Shown here: positions 41,365 to 51,902 of the stretch, piece after piece
How positions within the stretch are numbered: position 1 is the first letter of the stretch
How the letters are laid out: every line of letters begins with the position of its first letter
Assembly: GCA_049322915.1 (NCBI GenBank)
Contig: JBMOPW010000014.1
Span: 954,774-1,018,773 of the forward strand
Length of the DNA stretch: 64,000 nt
Source of the DNA: Candidatus Zhuqueibacterota bacterium
GTDB taxonomy: Bacteria > Zhuqueibacterota > Zhuqueibacteria > Thermofontimicrobiales > Thermofontimicrobiaceae
Direction of reading: 5' to 3'
Translations under genes and position numbers: made by a program
Notes under the pieces: generated by a model
What the model was told of the DNA's origin: nothing
Databases searched by the model: none
What the model saw: the letters and a program-made list of their open reading frames with translations, nothing else

Positions 41365-41562
41365 ATGAAATTTTTCGATTTAAAATTGACCAGTGAAAGT
41401 GACAAGAATCTGTTCACTCCGGATCGTAAGCATGAAATAGAGCCAGGGCAGGTGTATTTCGGTTCAACAGAAGATGGCATTCAGGTTGAATTTTCTTTTC
41501 TGAAAAAGATACAAAAGGATGAGCAAGCCGAATATGATAGAAATCACAAAATGTTAACCTGA
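41365..41562 (+). CDS. Small hypothetical protein
   Basis: 65-aa ATG ORF with protein-like composition in an AT-rich gap; weak SD. Confidence 0.5.
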   Translation: MKFFDLKLTSESDKNLFTPDRKHEIEPGQVYFGSTEDGIQVEFSFLKKIQKDEQAEYDRNHKMLT

Positions 41563-41628
41563 GGGTAATCAGCCTAACTTAATCGGATTGAATGACATGC
41601 AGTGTGCAAATGCGAATTGCCGGACGTA

Positions 41629-42837
41629 TCATTTCAAAAGAATGACCCTCATCGTGGTGCCTTCGCCAGGTTTGGTGTCTTTGATCAGAAGTCGGCCTCG
41701 GTGATAGTCTTCGATGATCCGCTTGGCCAGGTTCAATCCCAGACCCCATCCCCGTTTTTTTGTGCTGAAACCCGGTCTGAAAACCAGGCGACGCTCATGG
41801 GGCGTGATGCCTTTGCCGTTGTCTTTGATGTCAATAAAAATATGGCGCTGTGAATCCTCGAGAATCCCGGTTGAGATCACAATGAGGCCGGATTCCTTCT
41901 CGATCGCGTCCAGGGCATTTTTGATGAGATTTTCGATCACCCATTCAAATAAGTCCCTGTTGAGATTCACCGGGGGAATATTTTCTAACTTTTCGATAAG
42001 GCGAATTTTCTTTCCCATGTGCGGGAGTCGCCGCTGGAAATACTTGACGATGTCTCCGATAATGATGTTAATATCATTCTTTTTCAAATCAGAGCGAGAG
42101 CCAATTTGAGAAAAACGAGTGGCGACTTTATTGAGCCGCTGCACATCGTTTTCCATATCTGGTAGAATTTTGTCCACATTATCCGAAGATTGACCAGTCC
42201 TCAGCAATTCCAGCCAACCCATGAGAGAAGACAATGGTGTGCCCAACTGGTGCGCAGTCTCCTTGGCCATTCCCACCCAGATATATTGTTCCTCACTCTT
42301 TTTGATGCTGTGAAATCCCAGAAAAGCGACCAGAATGAAAAGACCAATCACGCCAATTTCCACGTAGGGGAACCAGATGAGCCGCGTGATGAGACTGGAG
42401 TCGCCGTAATAGAGGTACTGCTGAAGCAGCAAAGCGCCCGTTGTATCTTCATGGATTTGAATGGAAACCGGACTGACCTCCTTTTCGAGATTCATCACCA
42501 TTTTTTTTACGCGTTCCAGGGCCAGAGGCGATCTATCGTCCGGATCAACGGAAAGACCCACCCAGTAGACAGGGTTTTTATTTTCATCGGTGAGAATGAT
42601 TGGGAAATTGGTCTTTTGAATGATTTGCTCAAACAGAAAATTTAAATTCTCAATGTCGTTCTCTGCTGTGGCTTTTGAATGAAGGTTGGCATAGAATTCC
42701 AATATGCTTCGCGACTGAACTCGCATGTCCTGAACGATGGATTGGGAATAATAGAGCAGAAACAGAATGAGCAGTATCGCCACTGTGAACAGAATCAATG
42801 TGAATCGATCGGAAAAAAGAAAGAGCGATTTCTTCAT
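41629..42837 (-). CDS. Membrane sensor histidine kinase
   Basis: Two TM helices, H-box ETAHQLGTP, N-box ENLIKNA, DNGKG, GWGLGL. Confidence 0.93.
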   Translation of the reverse strand: MKKSLFLFSDRFTLILFTVAILLILFLLYYSQSIVQDMRVQSRSILEFYANLHSKATAENDIENLNFLFEQIIQKTNFPIILTDENKNPVYWVGLSVDPDDRSPLALERVKKMVMNLEKEVSPVSIQIHEDTTGALLLQQYLYYGDSSLITRLIWFPYVEIGVIGLFILVAFLGFHSIKKSEEQYIWVGMAKETAHQLGTPLSSLMGWLELLRTGQSSDNVDKILPDMENDVQRLNKVATRFSQIGSRSDLKKNDINIIIGDIVKYFQRRLPHMGKKIRLIEKLENIPPVNLNRDLFEWVIENLIKNALDAIEKESGLIVISTGILEDSQRHIFIDIKDNGKGITPHERRLVFRPGFSTKKRGWGLGLNLAKRIIEDYHRGRLLIKDTKPGEGTTMRVILLK

Positions 42838-42849
42838 GAGGAATCCTGG

Positions 42850-43345
42850 TTATTGATACTTTTCTGCGACGACGATCATCTCGTCATCAATGTGCAGCAA
42901 TGATGCTGTTTTATAAACCATGGTATGGAATTTGACCAGCAGCCAGAGCGCCCGGCCGGGTTTCAGGGTCAATTTGTTGAACTCCTGTTGCCGCTGCGCC
43001 GCTGTCTTTTTCCAAACTAATCTTATTCCGGGTATGATCACATCGTTGAAAATATTTTTCAATTCAATGGAGGAGTTCATTTCCCTGACCCTGAATCCTT
43101 TCGACGTCATTAACCGGCTGATGGTTTTTTGGAAAAATAATTGACGTGATTCAGCCCCATCGCCCACCATTTATTGTGCAGTAAACCGGCGGAGTAACTA
43201 ACCCACTGAGGCGCCTGAACGAACAGTCAGCTTCCGACCGGAGTCGAATTCGGAATTTCGCCTTATCGCTCTTGTGGCAGACAATGCATTTGATGTTCTC
43301 AAAAATATCAGCCGAGTTCTCTGCCGCGTCATGTATTGAATTCAT
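42850..43345 (-). pseudogene. Remnant of a class I SAM methyltransferase gene (internal deletion plus frameshift)
   Basis: N-terminal CIVC and C-terminal KWWAMGLNHVNYFSK|KTISRLMTSKGF...DEMIVVAEK lie in different frames, with a shift in the T6 tract at 43125-43130. The SAM-binding core is absent. Confidence 0.55.
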
Positions 43346-43374
43346 GGTTACCCCGGAATGAAAATTGGACGCGA

Positions 43375-46017
43375 TCAATTGGACTTGATCTTCATTTTTT
43401 TAACAGAAAAAATGAACGCTGCTACAAGCGCGATGGATGTCATCAGACTGATGATCAGGCCAATTCTGAACGATGCTGGTTTGAAGACAAATTCAATCTC
43501 GTGCTGGCCCGGCGTCAGAAAAATAGACCGCAGAATATAATCGGTTTTGAAGATTTTGGTCTCCTTCCCATCGACGTACGCCTTCCAGCCTTTGGGGTAG
43601 TAAATCTCTGAAAGCACCAGGAGCGAAGGGGCTGCCGCGTTCGCCTTCAATTTGATCGTGTGAATATCGAACGAGGTCAATTCGACAGTGTTATCAGCAA
43701 CCGGACCAATGACGAATGGCGGCTCTTCTTCCAGGACAGCCACCCGCGCCGGGTCGAATTCAGCCGACTTCATGTAATTGAAAATGTCTTCCTTGCCCCG
43801 GATTGTTTTTATTTCATTGACAAAAAATGCGCGCGGCAGACTTGAGTTGTTCTGATAGACCAGAGGCTGACTGCGCAGGACAAGCTGATAGTTCGGCTCG
43901 CTCAGCGGGTAGAGCGAAGTGATGTACCTGACATTGAGCATTTTCAGCCAATTGTTGTCCGTGCGGATACGGTCCTCCGGGATGTCCTGCGGCAGCACGA
44001 TTTGGATGGAGGGCTGGCCATCCTGCAGCACTTCTTTGTAGTATTTTGACAGGAAGAAGGGGATGGGCTGACCGCTGTAAGGCAGCCGGACATTGCCATC
44101 CAGTCCGGTTTCTTCCAAAAATTCCTGGTAAATTCTGAGCTTGGCCGCGTGATACCCGCTCACATTCTGAATGCGGTGATACATGTACCAATTGGCTGGC
44201 TTCTCATCGACGGCTGAAAATATCCGGAACGGCCCGGGCTGGTTTTCAAGGTACTGAACGGCAGCGGTCTTACGAAAGTAAGCCTCTTCATTCACGGCTG
44301 ATTTTGGGTCCACAATGTTGAAATCGACAATCCAAAAATCCGCGATGGCAAGGACGATGATTGTCAGAGCCAGCAGACCGGACTTCATTTTTCCCTGTAC
44401 ATAATGAAGAATGGCGAAGCCGCACAGGCCGACCAGAATCAGCATTTTCACGGCATCGGTCAGCGCCATTTCATAGGCGCGCATTTGACCCGCCGGATTC
44501 AATCCCTTGCCGGAATCGGCCATCCAGCCCAGCATGGTGCTTTTGCCGAGGATGATGAATAGCGTGATGACAATGCCCACGGCTCCGAAGATGTAAAAGT
44601 ATTTTCTCACAAGTTCAGTTTTTTTATCGGCCAATTTTGAGTATGAGGGTTTTTTATAAGTAATAGTCTGGTTCAATCCCTCGCCTTTCAGTATAATTTT
44701 AGATACGCCATCCGAATCGGCTCTATTCTTAGCCACTTTTTGGTCGGATGATTCTCTTAAATTGAATAGCTGTTGCAATCCCAGCGCTGCCAGCAGCACC
44801 AGGGAGAAATCCAGCAGAATATGGATCATGCTCGGCACGCGAAATTTATTGAAGAACGGGAGCAGTTTGAACATGGGATCGTACAGGATCGGGAAGTGCT
44901 TGCCGAAGGAGATGATCAGCGATAGCGCGGCCACAATGGTCAGAAAAATCGCGTAGCGATCCCGTTTCAGCACCAGCGCCAGCCCGGCCAGAAACAGGAC
45001 GATGATGCCGGCGTACAGTGGATAGTCTGTGAACGGCATTTTTCCCCAATAAGTAGCTGAACCGCCGAAACCAAAAAATGAAGGGACAAAGAACGTAATG
45101 ACTTCTGCCGGAGAAAATGACCAACTGGAAGCGTAGTCATAGCTCAGTCCGCCTTCAGCGCCGCCGCCTCGGATGGAAAAATGAGAGTATTCGTACACGG
45201 AAAGGTAAAGAACCGATGCCATGAGCAGCGCCACGAGCGCGGAACCTGCCATCAGCCCCAGACCTTTGAGGATGTTGGATACCTGTTTTGTCTCTTTATA
45301 TTCGACGATGAAGTGAACGATCATGTACAAACCGATAAACATGTAGGTGTAATAGCAGACCTGAACGTGGGTTCGAAGCAGCTGAAATCCGATGGCGAAT
45401 GCGGTGAGGACGAAGTAGAACAGGTTTTTCTTCACCAGCATCCGGTTCACCGCCCAGAAAATGAGAGGGATAACCACCACCGAGAGGAATTTGCTATTGT
45501 GGCCGTACGAGGTGAACGCCACAAACTGAGGCAGAAACATCATCGAAATTGCCGCAAAGAGCGCAGCCAGCCGGTTGACATTCAATGACAGCATCAGCAA
45601 ATAGGTCAACATGCCGAAGAAGACGTAGTTGAGAATTATTCGCATGAACGGAGTCAGAGGGAGGACGGCCGACATCCCTTTGAGAACGTAATTGATGATC
45701 GTATCCACGACGTTGATGAGCGGCGCCAGGAAGCTGCCGAACGACGGCATGCCCGAAAAAATGTAAGGATTCCATAGCGGGTACGAGCCGCTTTTCAACG
45801 CATCATTGATAAAAGTCTGGTAGCTTTTTGATGTCAATGAATCCGGCTGCACCAGCGTTTTTCCTTCGAACACAATGGGATAGTAAAAAATGAGCAGCAG
45901 CACGAACAGGATGATCGCTGCTGACCAATGGGGATGGTCTTTAAAAAAATTCGATTGTGCCCGGTGAGTCGTGGGCTTTTTCGCGGATGGCTTTTGAGTC
46001 TTTTTAATCCTGGCCAT
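43375..46017 (-). CDS. YfhO-family multi-pass membrane protein (GT-C-like glycosyltransferase)
   Basis: Motifs PLWNPYIFSGMP, FNKFRVPS, GYHAAKL, MLNVRY, LPRAF, SEIYYPKGW. Confidence 0.88.
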   Translation of the reverse strand: MARIKKTQKPSAKKPTTHRAQSNFFKDHPHWSAAIILFVLLLIFYYPIVFEGKTLVQPDSLTSKSYQTFINDALKSGSYPLWNPYIFSGMPSFGSFLAPLINVVDTIINYVLKGMSAVLPLTPFMRIILNYVFFGMLTYLLMLSLNVNRLAALFAAISMMFLPQFVAFTSYGHNSKFLSVVVIPLIFWAVNRMLVKKNLFYFVLTAFAIGFQLLRTHVQVCYYTYMFIGLYMIVHFIVEYKETKQVSNILKGLGLMAGSALVALLMASVLYLSVYEYSHFSIRGGGAEGGLSYDYASSWSFSPAEVITFFVPSFFGFGGSATYWGKMPFTDYPLYAGIIVLFLAGLALVLKRDRYAIFLTIVAALSLIISFGKHFPILYDPMFKLLPFFNKFRVPSMIHILLDFSLVLLAALGLQQLFNLRESSDQKVAKNRADSDGVSKIILKGEGLNQTITYKKPSYSKLADKKTELVRKYFYIFGAVGIVITLFIILGKSTMLGWMADSGKGLNPAGQMRAYEMALTDAVKMLILVGLCGFAILHYVQGKMKSGLLALTIIVLAIADFWIVDFNIVDPKSAVNEEAYFRKTAAVQYLENQPGPFRIFSAVDEKPANWYMYHRIQNVSGYHAAKLRIYQEFLEETGLDGNVRLPYSGQPIPFFLSKYYKEVLQDGQPSIQIVLPQDIPEDRIRTDNNWLKMLNVRYITSLYPLSEPNYQLVLRSQPLVYQNNSSLPRAFFVNEIKTIRGKEDIFNYMKSAEFDPARVAVLEEEPPFVIGPVADNTVELTSFDIHTIKLKANAAAPSLLVLSEIYYPKGWKAYVDGKETKIFKTDYILRSIFLTPGQHEIEFVFKPASFRIGLIISLMTSIALVAAFIFSVKKMKIKSN

Positions 46018-47494
46018 GAATGCTTCTCCCTTTTCTGTTAATAACTTCTTGTATCAATTTTTTATATCCGGCAATTTCAGTATGCCTGAAGAATTTCATC
46101 GTGTACAATAGGATTGGATAGCTGATGAGAAGGCCGACTTTGAGGATGATGCTCATGCCCAGCGGCGATTCCGGAACGAACGTCCCAATCAGGTAAAGGG
46201 CGATGCCAACAGTCACAATTTTCACGATGCGAGCTTTCTCGTAGTTCACCCGATACAGCCGGGATGAGACGATGTACATGAAGATCAGAATGAACAGATA
46301 GGAAATCGCTGTATTGATTGCTGCAGCGATCATTCCATATCCGGGAATGAACACAATGTTCAGGGTGATGTTGATGGCAGCGCCGATGGTAGCAATCAGC
46401 GTGTAGAAAATCGTCTTGGATTTCAACAGTACACCGATGTCCACGATGTAGTACAACCCGAAAAAAATATAGGACATGGCGATGTACGGAATGGCGCGCA
46501 TCCCCGGTAAATACGCAGCCGTGCTGAAGTTGATTATGATTTCTTTAATAAAAAATGTCAGCGCCAGGAACAGAAAAACGGCTGCTAGCAGAAAATAAGT
46601 CACTGCGCCGGCGTAGATGCTTTTCGCCTCCGGTTTTTTCTGAACCGAAAACACGAATGGCAGCCAGGCGGTTCGGAAGGGCATGACCAGAACCATCTGG
46701 ATGATCATGCCGAATTTATAGGCGATATCGTAAAGCCCCACCTGATCAGCCGACGAATAGATATTCAACAGATAGCGGTCGGACATGGTCAGTAAATAGT
46801 TTGCCACGCTGCCTGGCACCATGGGCAGCCCAAAGTGCAGCAGCTTCTTCAGCGCAGTTGCTGAAAATGCCAGACCTGTTTTTCGGAAAACAACGATCAT
46901 CACGACAAGGAACAGGATCGCCGAGGTGTACAGGCTGCTCTTGACGACGCCAAGAATGCCCTGTCGGAGAATCAGCACGTGCAGGATGTTGAATCCGACC
47001 AGCAATGTGAAATGCAGAGTGTTGAGCATCGAATAGAGAACCGGTTTTTCCAGCGTGCGCAGATAGGCCAGCGCCAATAACCGGAACAGATTGAAAAATA
47101 CCGATCCGAACAGGATTTTCAGATAGACCGCATTGTCAGGATTCCGGAAGATGATCTCGGAGACAAGTCCCGCATTGAAAAAAAGAACAAGCAACAGCGG
47201 AAATGCAACGGCCGCTGTGAACAGAACGGCAGAGGAAAAAACCACGTTTCGTTCCGACTCGGATGTGTAGTCGTGATAGACTTTGAACACTGCCGAATTC
47301 AAACTGAGCGAAAGCAACAGCCACAGGAAGACTTCAACAAGGTTCAGCAACGAAATGATGCCAACCTGCTCCTGGGACAGCAACCGTGTGTAGAGCGGAA
47401 TCAGAAAGAATGCAATCGCCTTGATGACGGCGTCGCCCAAACCATAGACAAGAGTCTGGCTGGAAAGGCGTTTGAAGTGTTCAATCATAGGCAT
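46004..47494 (-). CDS. Wzx-like oligosaccharide flippase
   Basis: Many TM helices; FLIPLYTRLL, LLHFGLP, SDRYLL, VGLYDIAYK. Confidence 0.9.
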   Translation of the reverse strand: MPMIEHFKRLSSQTLVYGLGDAVIKAIAFFLIPLYTRLLSQEQVGIISLLNLVEVFLWLLLSLSLNSAVFKVYHDYTSESERNVVFSSAVLFTAAVAFPLLLVLFFNAGLVSEIIFRNPDNAVYLKILFGSVFFNLFRLLALAYLRTLEKPVLYSMLNTLHFTLLVGFNILHVLILRQGILGVVKSSLYTSAILFLVVMIVVFRKTGLAFSATALKKLLHFGLPMVPGSVANYLLTMSDRYLLNIYSSADQVGLYDIAYKFGMIIQMVLVMPFRTAWLPFVFSVQKKPEAKSIYAGAVTYFLLAAVFLFLALTFFIKEIIINFSTAAYLPGMRAIPYIAMSYIFFGLYYIVDIGVLLKSKTIFYTLIATIGAAINITLNIVFIPGYGMIAAAINTAISYLFILIFMYIVSSRLYRVNYEKARIVKIVTVGIALYLIGTFVPESPLGMSIILKVGLLISYPILLYTMKFFRHTEIAGYKKLIQEVINRKGRSIHGQD

Positions 47495-47509
47495 TGAATT
47501 AATAACATA

Positions 47510-48286
47510 TCACATCCGGGACTTTCGCTGATAAAGAGCCACCAGCCAGTTTGGCCGGCGCCGGGTCAACAGCTTGTTCATTCCCTCGCAGAGAAAAATA
47601 ATCGGGTTCATTTTGAATTTCGGAAATTGGGTATTCTCGCAGTTGGGGCACATCACGATTCGCCGAGGAGGAATGGGAAACCAGCCATGCCCCAGTTCCT
47701 GCCGAATTTTCAGGAGAAAGGGAATGTACCTCCGCCAGGGCTTACCGACCTCAGCGATTTTCAGACAGTGGAATTCCGAAAACAATTTTTCCAACCGCTG
47801 CCGGGTGTATGATTGAAAATGATACGAGACATTGAACACAGTGCTGCACCGCGGGCACTTCATTGCGTTCTTGGCCAGCAGCTCGTTGTTCGGCACCGAG
47901 ATGATCAGGTATTTCGAAGCGACCCGCTGCATTTCCTGAATCGCAGCGCGGAGCAGGGAGTCATCGAGATGTTCCAGCATTTCGCTGGAGAGAATTAAAT
48001 CCACGGACGACGAGGACAATGGCAGCGCATCAGCCTGACCGTTAATTTTGGGAACATCCACATACTGCAATGCCGCAAAACTGCGGTCCAATCCCCTGAT
48101 GGCGAATCGTCGGCCCAGGGGATTGGTGATCAGGCCATTGCCACAGCCAACATCCAGAATGGAAGTGACATCCGACGGGATCATCGCTTCTATCAGGTCG
48201 ATCTTGGACTGAAGGTGTTCGTCCATCCGGAAGGTATCCCAGTTGTCCGCGATCTCATAGCACTTTTTATTGTCCTGCGTATTCAT
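47510..48286 (-). CDS. Class I SAM-dependent methyltransferase with two CxxC pairs
   Basis: ILDVGCGNG, SEMLEHL, ISVP; CPRC and CPNC. Confidence 0.88.
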   Translation of the reverse strand: MNTQDNKKCYEIADNWDTFRMDEHLQSKIDLIEAMIPSDVTSILDVGCGNGLITNPLGRRFAIRGLDRSFAALQYVDVPKINGQADALPLSSSSVDLILSSEMLEHLDDSLLRAAIQEMQRVASKYLIISVPNNELLAKNAMKCPRCSTVFNVSYHFQSYTRQRLEKLFSEFHCLKIAEVGKPWRRYIPFLLKIRQELGHGWFPIPPRRIVMCPNCENTQFPKFKMNPIIFLCEGMNKLLTRRRPNWLVALYQRKSRM

Positions 48287-49491
48287 TTCTTCCCGATTCC
48301 AATTCGTCCGTAAAGGTGAAGAAGCTGATCCGCGCTTCTCTCCCAGTTGTACTCTCTGATAATGGCGTCATATCCGTTTCTCCCGAATTCTTCGCGACGC
48401 TGTGGATCGCTGGATAACTGCACCAGCTTTGCGGCCAGGTCTTCCGGGTCGCCGCTGCGGAAAATCAAGCCGGCCTGTGACTTTCGGACGATGCGCTGCA
48501 AGGGTGCGCAATCCGACACCAGCAGCGGTTTGCGTTTATACATATAATGAAATAGCTTGTGAGGAATGGTGAAATCGTTCTGTTCGTTCTTCAAATGAGG
48601 GATCACGCCGATGTCGCATTGCCCGATGAACGAGGGGATGGCGTGTTCCTTTTGCCAGCCGTGAAATTCGACGTTGCGAATTTGTTCGGCGCTGGCTTTT
48701 TCGCGCAACTGGCTTTCAGTTCGTCCGGACCCAACCAGATGGAGCCGGAGATTGGGCTGGTCCGACTGAAGGATTTTCATGGCGTCCAGCAGCGTTTCCA
48801 GTCCCCGATGCAAATCGAATCCGCCGGAATAGATCAGGGCAATTTCCTGCTCGCGTTTGTCGAGCGTCACGGCCAGGGCTTTTTCATCGAATGAACTGAA
48901 ATGGATGTAGTTGGGGACGACAAAAATTCTGTCCTCCGGCGCGCTCAGGGATCGGATTCTGTCCTTCATCTCTTCGATCACGGAGATGATGTACGAGGCG
49001 CAACCGACCTGCCTCCGTTCGTAGCGCTCCCACTGGTCGATGGATACCAGCAGCCGGCCCAGCAACGTGTTGGCAAATGCGTACACTTTGAGCGCGGCCG
49101 GGTAATTCTCGTGCAAGTCCAGCACATAGGGGATATGGAATGCATTTTTTATCCTTCGGCCGACTTCAGCCAGACGCAGATCATGGACATGAAGAATGTC
49201 GATGCCGTGCTGAGCGACGAAACGGGTCGCCTGCCTCGTCCAGGCGTGGAAATAGGCCGGCACTGTCAGCGCGACGACATTGAATTTATTATGAAATGTT
49301 CTGGAAATTCGAAACCGATGCACGGTGATGTTTTCGCTGTACGCTTCGATGAGCGGCCGCTTCCCGGAGAAATCATAACACAGCAGGTGCACATCGTAAC
49401 CAGCCGACGCCAGTGACCGCATTTCATTTTCGACGCGTGTATCCGGCGGAAAATCGACATCGAGTAACATTCCAATGGTGGCTTTGCGCAT
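48283..49491 (-). CDS. GT4 family glycosyltransferase
   Basis: Motifs FPPDTRV, LHVHDL, DLHENYP, PHKLFHYM, YNWE. Start moved to the ATG at 49491. Confidence 0.9.
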   Translation of the reverse strand: MRKATIGMLLDVDFPPDTRVENEMRSLASAGYDVHLLCYDFSGKRPLIEAYSENITVHRFRISRTFHNKFNVVALTVPAYFHAWTRQATRFVAQHGIDILHVHDLRLAEVGRRIKNAFHIPYVLDLHENYPAALKVYAFANTLLGRLLVSIDQWERYERRQVGCASYIISVIEEMKDRIRSLSAPEDRIFVVPNYIHFSSFDEKALAVTLDKREQEIALIYSGGFDLHRGLETLLDAMKILQSDQPNLRLHLVGSGRTESQLREKASAEQIRNVEFHGWQKEHAIPSFIGQCDIGVIPHLKNEQNDFTIPHKLFHYMYKRKPLLVSDCAPLQRIVRKSQAGLIFRSGDPEDLAAKLVQLSSDPQRREEFGRNGYDAIIREYNWERSADQLLHLYGRIGIGKK

Positions 49492-50039
49492 GAACGTTAT
49501 TCCAATTGGATGACAGAGGTGAACTATTTCATTGCCTGGGTGCGTAACCTTCCACAGGTTCATCGTTCAGGGTTAATGATAACGTATCGTTGATGACAGA
49601 CTATGGGAGCGTAAAAAATGTTACGCGCAACCATATCCAAAACACCAGGCAGGAACGCTGAACCCGGAACCTGTGAACGGCTGCTCTGGTGCTTTTTCAA
49701 GCTACAAATTATAAAGAAATAATATGAAAAAATCAAATCATTTATTCAATTTTCCACAACAAAATCGGCGGCTGCTCAGCCACTTGATCGCGCTGGAAAT
49801 TCATCCAGCGCTGGCAATGGCCGGGATGGATGTCGCCGAATAAGCGTATCGCTCGGGGTGAATATCCCGAACGATGGGTTGGCGCATTCGATGTCGGCAT
49901 TGAGTCGCTGCGTGGAGATTGGAGCCCGGTGGATTGGAGTTGCAGCTCCTGATGACAGGCTGGAAAATGGCCAGCAAGGCGCGATTGGCGTTTGAGACCA
50001 GGATAGTCTTTCACTGAATTACCGGGAGGGAGTAACATT

Positions 50040-51365
50040 TCAGGATGAACCGGTGAGGTTCTGAAAAATGGCTTCCAGTTGTTTCAACTGTTCAGCGCGA
50101 AGGTAGGCGCCGATGCGGTCAGTATGGGACGGCTGCCATTGTCCAGCCTGCCAGTGGCGATATTGGCTGAACAGAAAATTCTGAATTCCGGGCAAATCAT
50201 CGTAATCGAACATGGAACCGACTCCGGTGTCGTTCAAAATATGGGCGGCGTCGCCGTCCGTTGGTCCAACGGCGAGAATGTACCGCTGGCTGGCCAGATA
50301 TTCGAACAGTTTCCCTGTCACAATGGCTTTTCTGGTCGCCGAATTATTGATCACCAGCAGCAGCAAATGAGATTGGCAGATTTTTTCGATGGCCTGCTGA
50401 TGCGGGATGAAATTGTGCATAGCCAGGATATCATCGATCTGAAACGCAGAAAGCGCCTGGCGCGCGGTGCTATCGATATTCCCATAGAATCGAATCTGAA
50501 AAGAGCCCGGCGCAATTTTCCCGCTCGATTTAAGATTGGCGACTGCCTGATAGAACACAGGCGTCAGGCGGGAGTAGGGTAGATTGCCGATATAGGTGAT
50601 GACGAATGTATCGCGCGGCGGATTGGGAATTTTAGCGGGAAAGGCGTCCGGGTCGAATCCGTTATAAATTACATGAAAGCGACGCCGGTCCAGATTTTTG
50701 CGTCCCTGAATGAGTAAATCGACGCAGCCGGGGCTCACGGCAACGGTGGCATCGGCGCTGCGGAGGACTTTGCCCTCCAGCCAGCGATCCGCGGCTACAG
50801 TCAGCGCTGAGCGCTTTATATCCGAGTAATATTCGATATTGACCCAGGGATCGCGGAAGTCGGCCACAAACGGCAGTCCTGTTTTTTGGGCGATTTTCCG
50901 TGCGATGAGATGAACCGTGTGCGGCGGCCCGGAGGAAAGGATGATCGCGATGTCGGGATTGTCCTTGATGGCCCGAATGCCGGCGCGCACCCCAATGCCG
51001 TACCAGCCGATACGGCCATCCGGGATGAAAAAATTGGCGCGGATGAAATTGGCGATCTTTTCCCTCCAGCCGGCTTTTTTGTTGGCTGACAGCACGGCGA
51101 GCGGAATTTTTTCATCCTTCTTTTTGCCCAGGAACGCGCGATAGAAATTGTATGGCTCGAAAATTTCCGTGCGGATTATTTTCACCTGCGACGGAATTAC
51201 TTTTTCCAGACTTGAGTCGAGGCTGGTGTAATCGCCGTTCTTCACCGTCAAAACGACCGGTTCCCAGCCATTCCCGGTCATGTGCTGGATGATGCGGATA
51301 ATTCGCTGCACAGAGGGTCCGCCGGCCGGCGGAAAATAATAGGTGATGAATAGAAATTTTTTCAA
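50040..51365 (-). CDS. GT4 family glycosyltransferase
   Basis: Motifs YYFPP, SSGPPH, ADFRDPW, YNGFD, GKLFEY. TTG start. Confidence 0.9.
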   Translation of the reverse strand: MKKFLFITYYFPPAGGPSVQRIIRIIQHMTGNGWEPVVLTVKNGDYTSLDSSLEKVIPSQVKIIRTEIFEPYNFYRAFLGKKKDEKIPLAVLSANKKAGWREKIANFIRANFFIPDGRIGWYGIGVRAGIRAIKDNPDIAIILSSGPPHTVHLIARKIAQKTGLPFVADFRDPWVNIEYYSDIKRSALTVAADRWLEGKVLRSADATVAVSPGCVDLLIQGRKNLDRRRFHVIYNGFDPDAFPAKIPNPPRDTFVITYIGNLPYSRLTPVFYQAVANLKSSGKIAPGSFQIRFYGNIDSTARQALSAFQIDDILAMHNFIPHQQAIEKICQSHLLLLVINNSATRKAIVTGKLFEYLASQRYILAVGPTDGDAAHILNDTGVGSMFDYDDLPGIQNFLFSQYRHWQAGQWQPSHTDRIGAYLRAEQLKQLEAIFQNLTGSS

Positions 51366-51476
51366 TGATCAACTCCGGTGGCTGAAACGTTGGGCGCTTT
51401 GGCAAACCGCCCGATCCGCTCGCCGTGATGACGTGAGAAAACAACGCGCACAGCGACGCTTCAGAAATATGAAGCG

Positions 51477-51902
51477 TCACGGGACGTCCTGATCCAACGG
51501 CGCTTTCGGATCGGAATTGGCTTCAGGCTTCCAATCATCCCAATCGGTGAAGCGGGCGGCATGCTCGACCTGCTGCGGATCAACTGTGCGAATGTCGACG
51601 TCGAGATTCAGCCGCTTTGCAATCAACGGCTGCAACTGATTCGGCTGCTGAATCAGCTTTTCTTTGGACGTGCGGTTGATGCTTTTAATGAGCCGTTCAA
51701 TTTTCAGCGCAGTCCCAACTGTCCCTTCAAAATGCCAGCACTGGGCAATCCGGCTGGGCCGGTGGCTTCGCGTATACCGCGAATTTGCTTTGCCGTCCAA
51801 GTGCTGGCGGAATCGTTTCACTAAATTCGTCGAATAGCCGGTGTAAAAATTCCGGTTCGAGCATTCCAATATATAAATCCAGAAGCTTTTAGTTTCGGTC
51901 AT
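51477..51902 (-). CDS. GIY-YIG nuclease family protein (YhbQ-like)
   Basis: IYILEC...FYTGYS...RFRQH...YTR...ALKIERLIK. Start moved to the ATG at 51902. Confidence 0.88.
   Translation of the reverse strand: MTETKSFWIYILECSNRNFYTGYSTNLVKRFRQHLDGKANSRYTRSHRPSRIAQCWHFEGTVGTALKIERLIKSINRTSKEKLIQQPNQLQPLIAKRLNLDVDIRTVDPQQVEHAARFTDWDDWKPEANSDPKAPLDQDVP

Noticed and set aside
49742..50038. 98-aa ORF between the two glycosyltransferases
   Set aside because: It has low-information composition, no SD and no recognisable domain.
51477..51902. GIY-YIG gene as a homing endonuclease or as mobiliser of the nearby repeats
   Set aside because: It is a short stand-alone YhbQ-type protein overlapping a housekeeping gene, is not flanked by repeats, and is not inside an intron.
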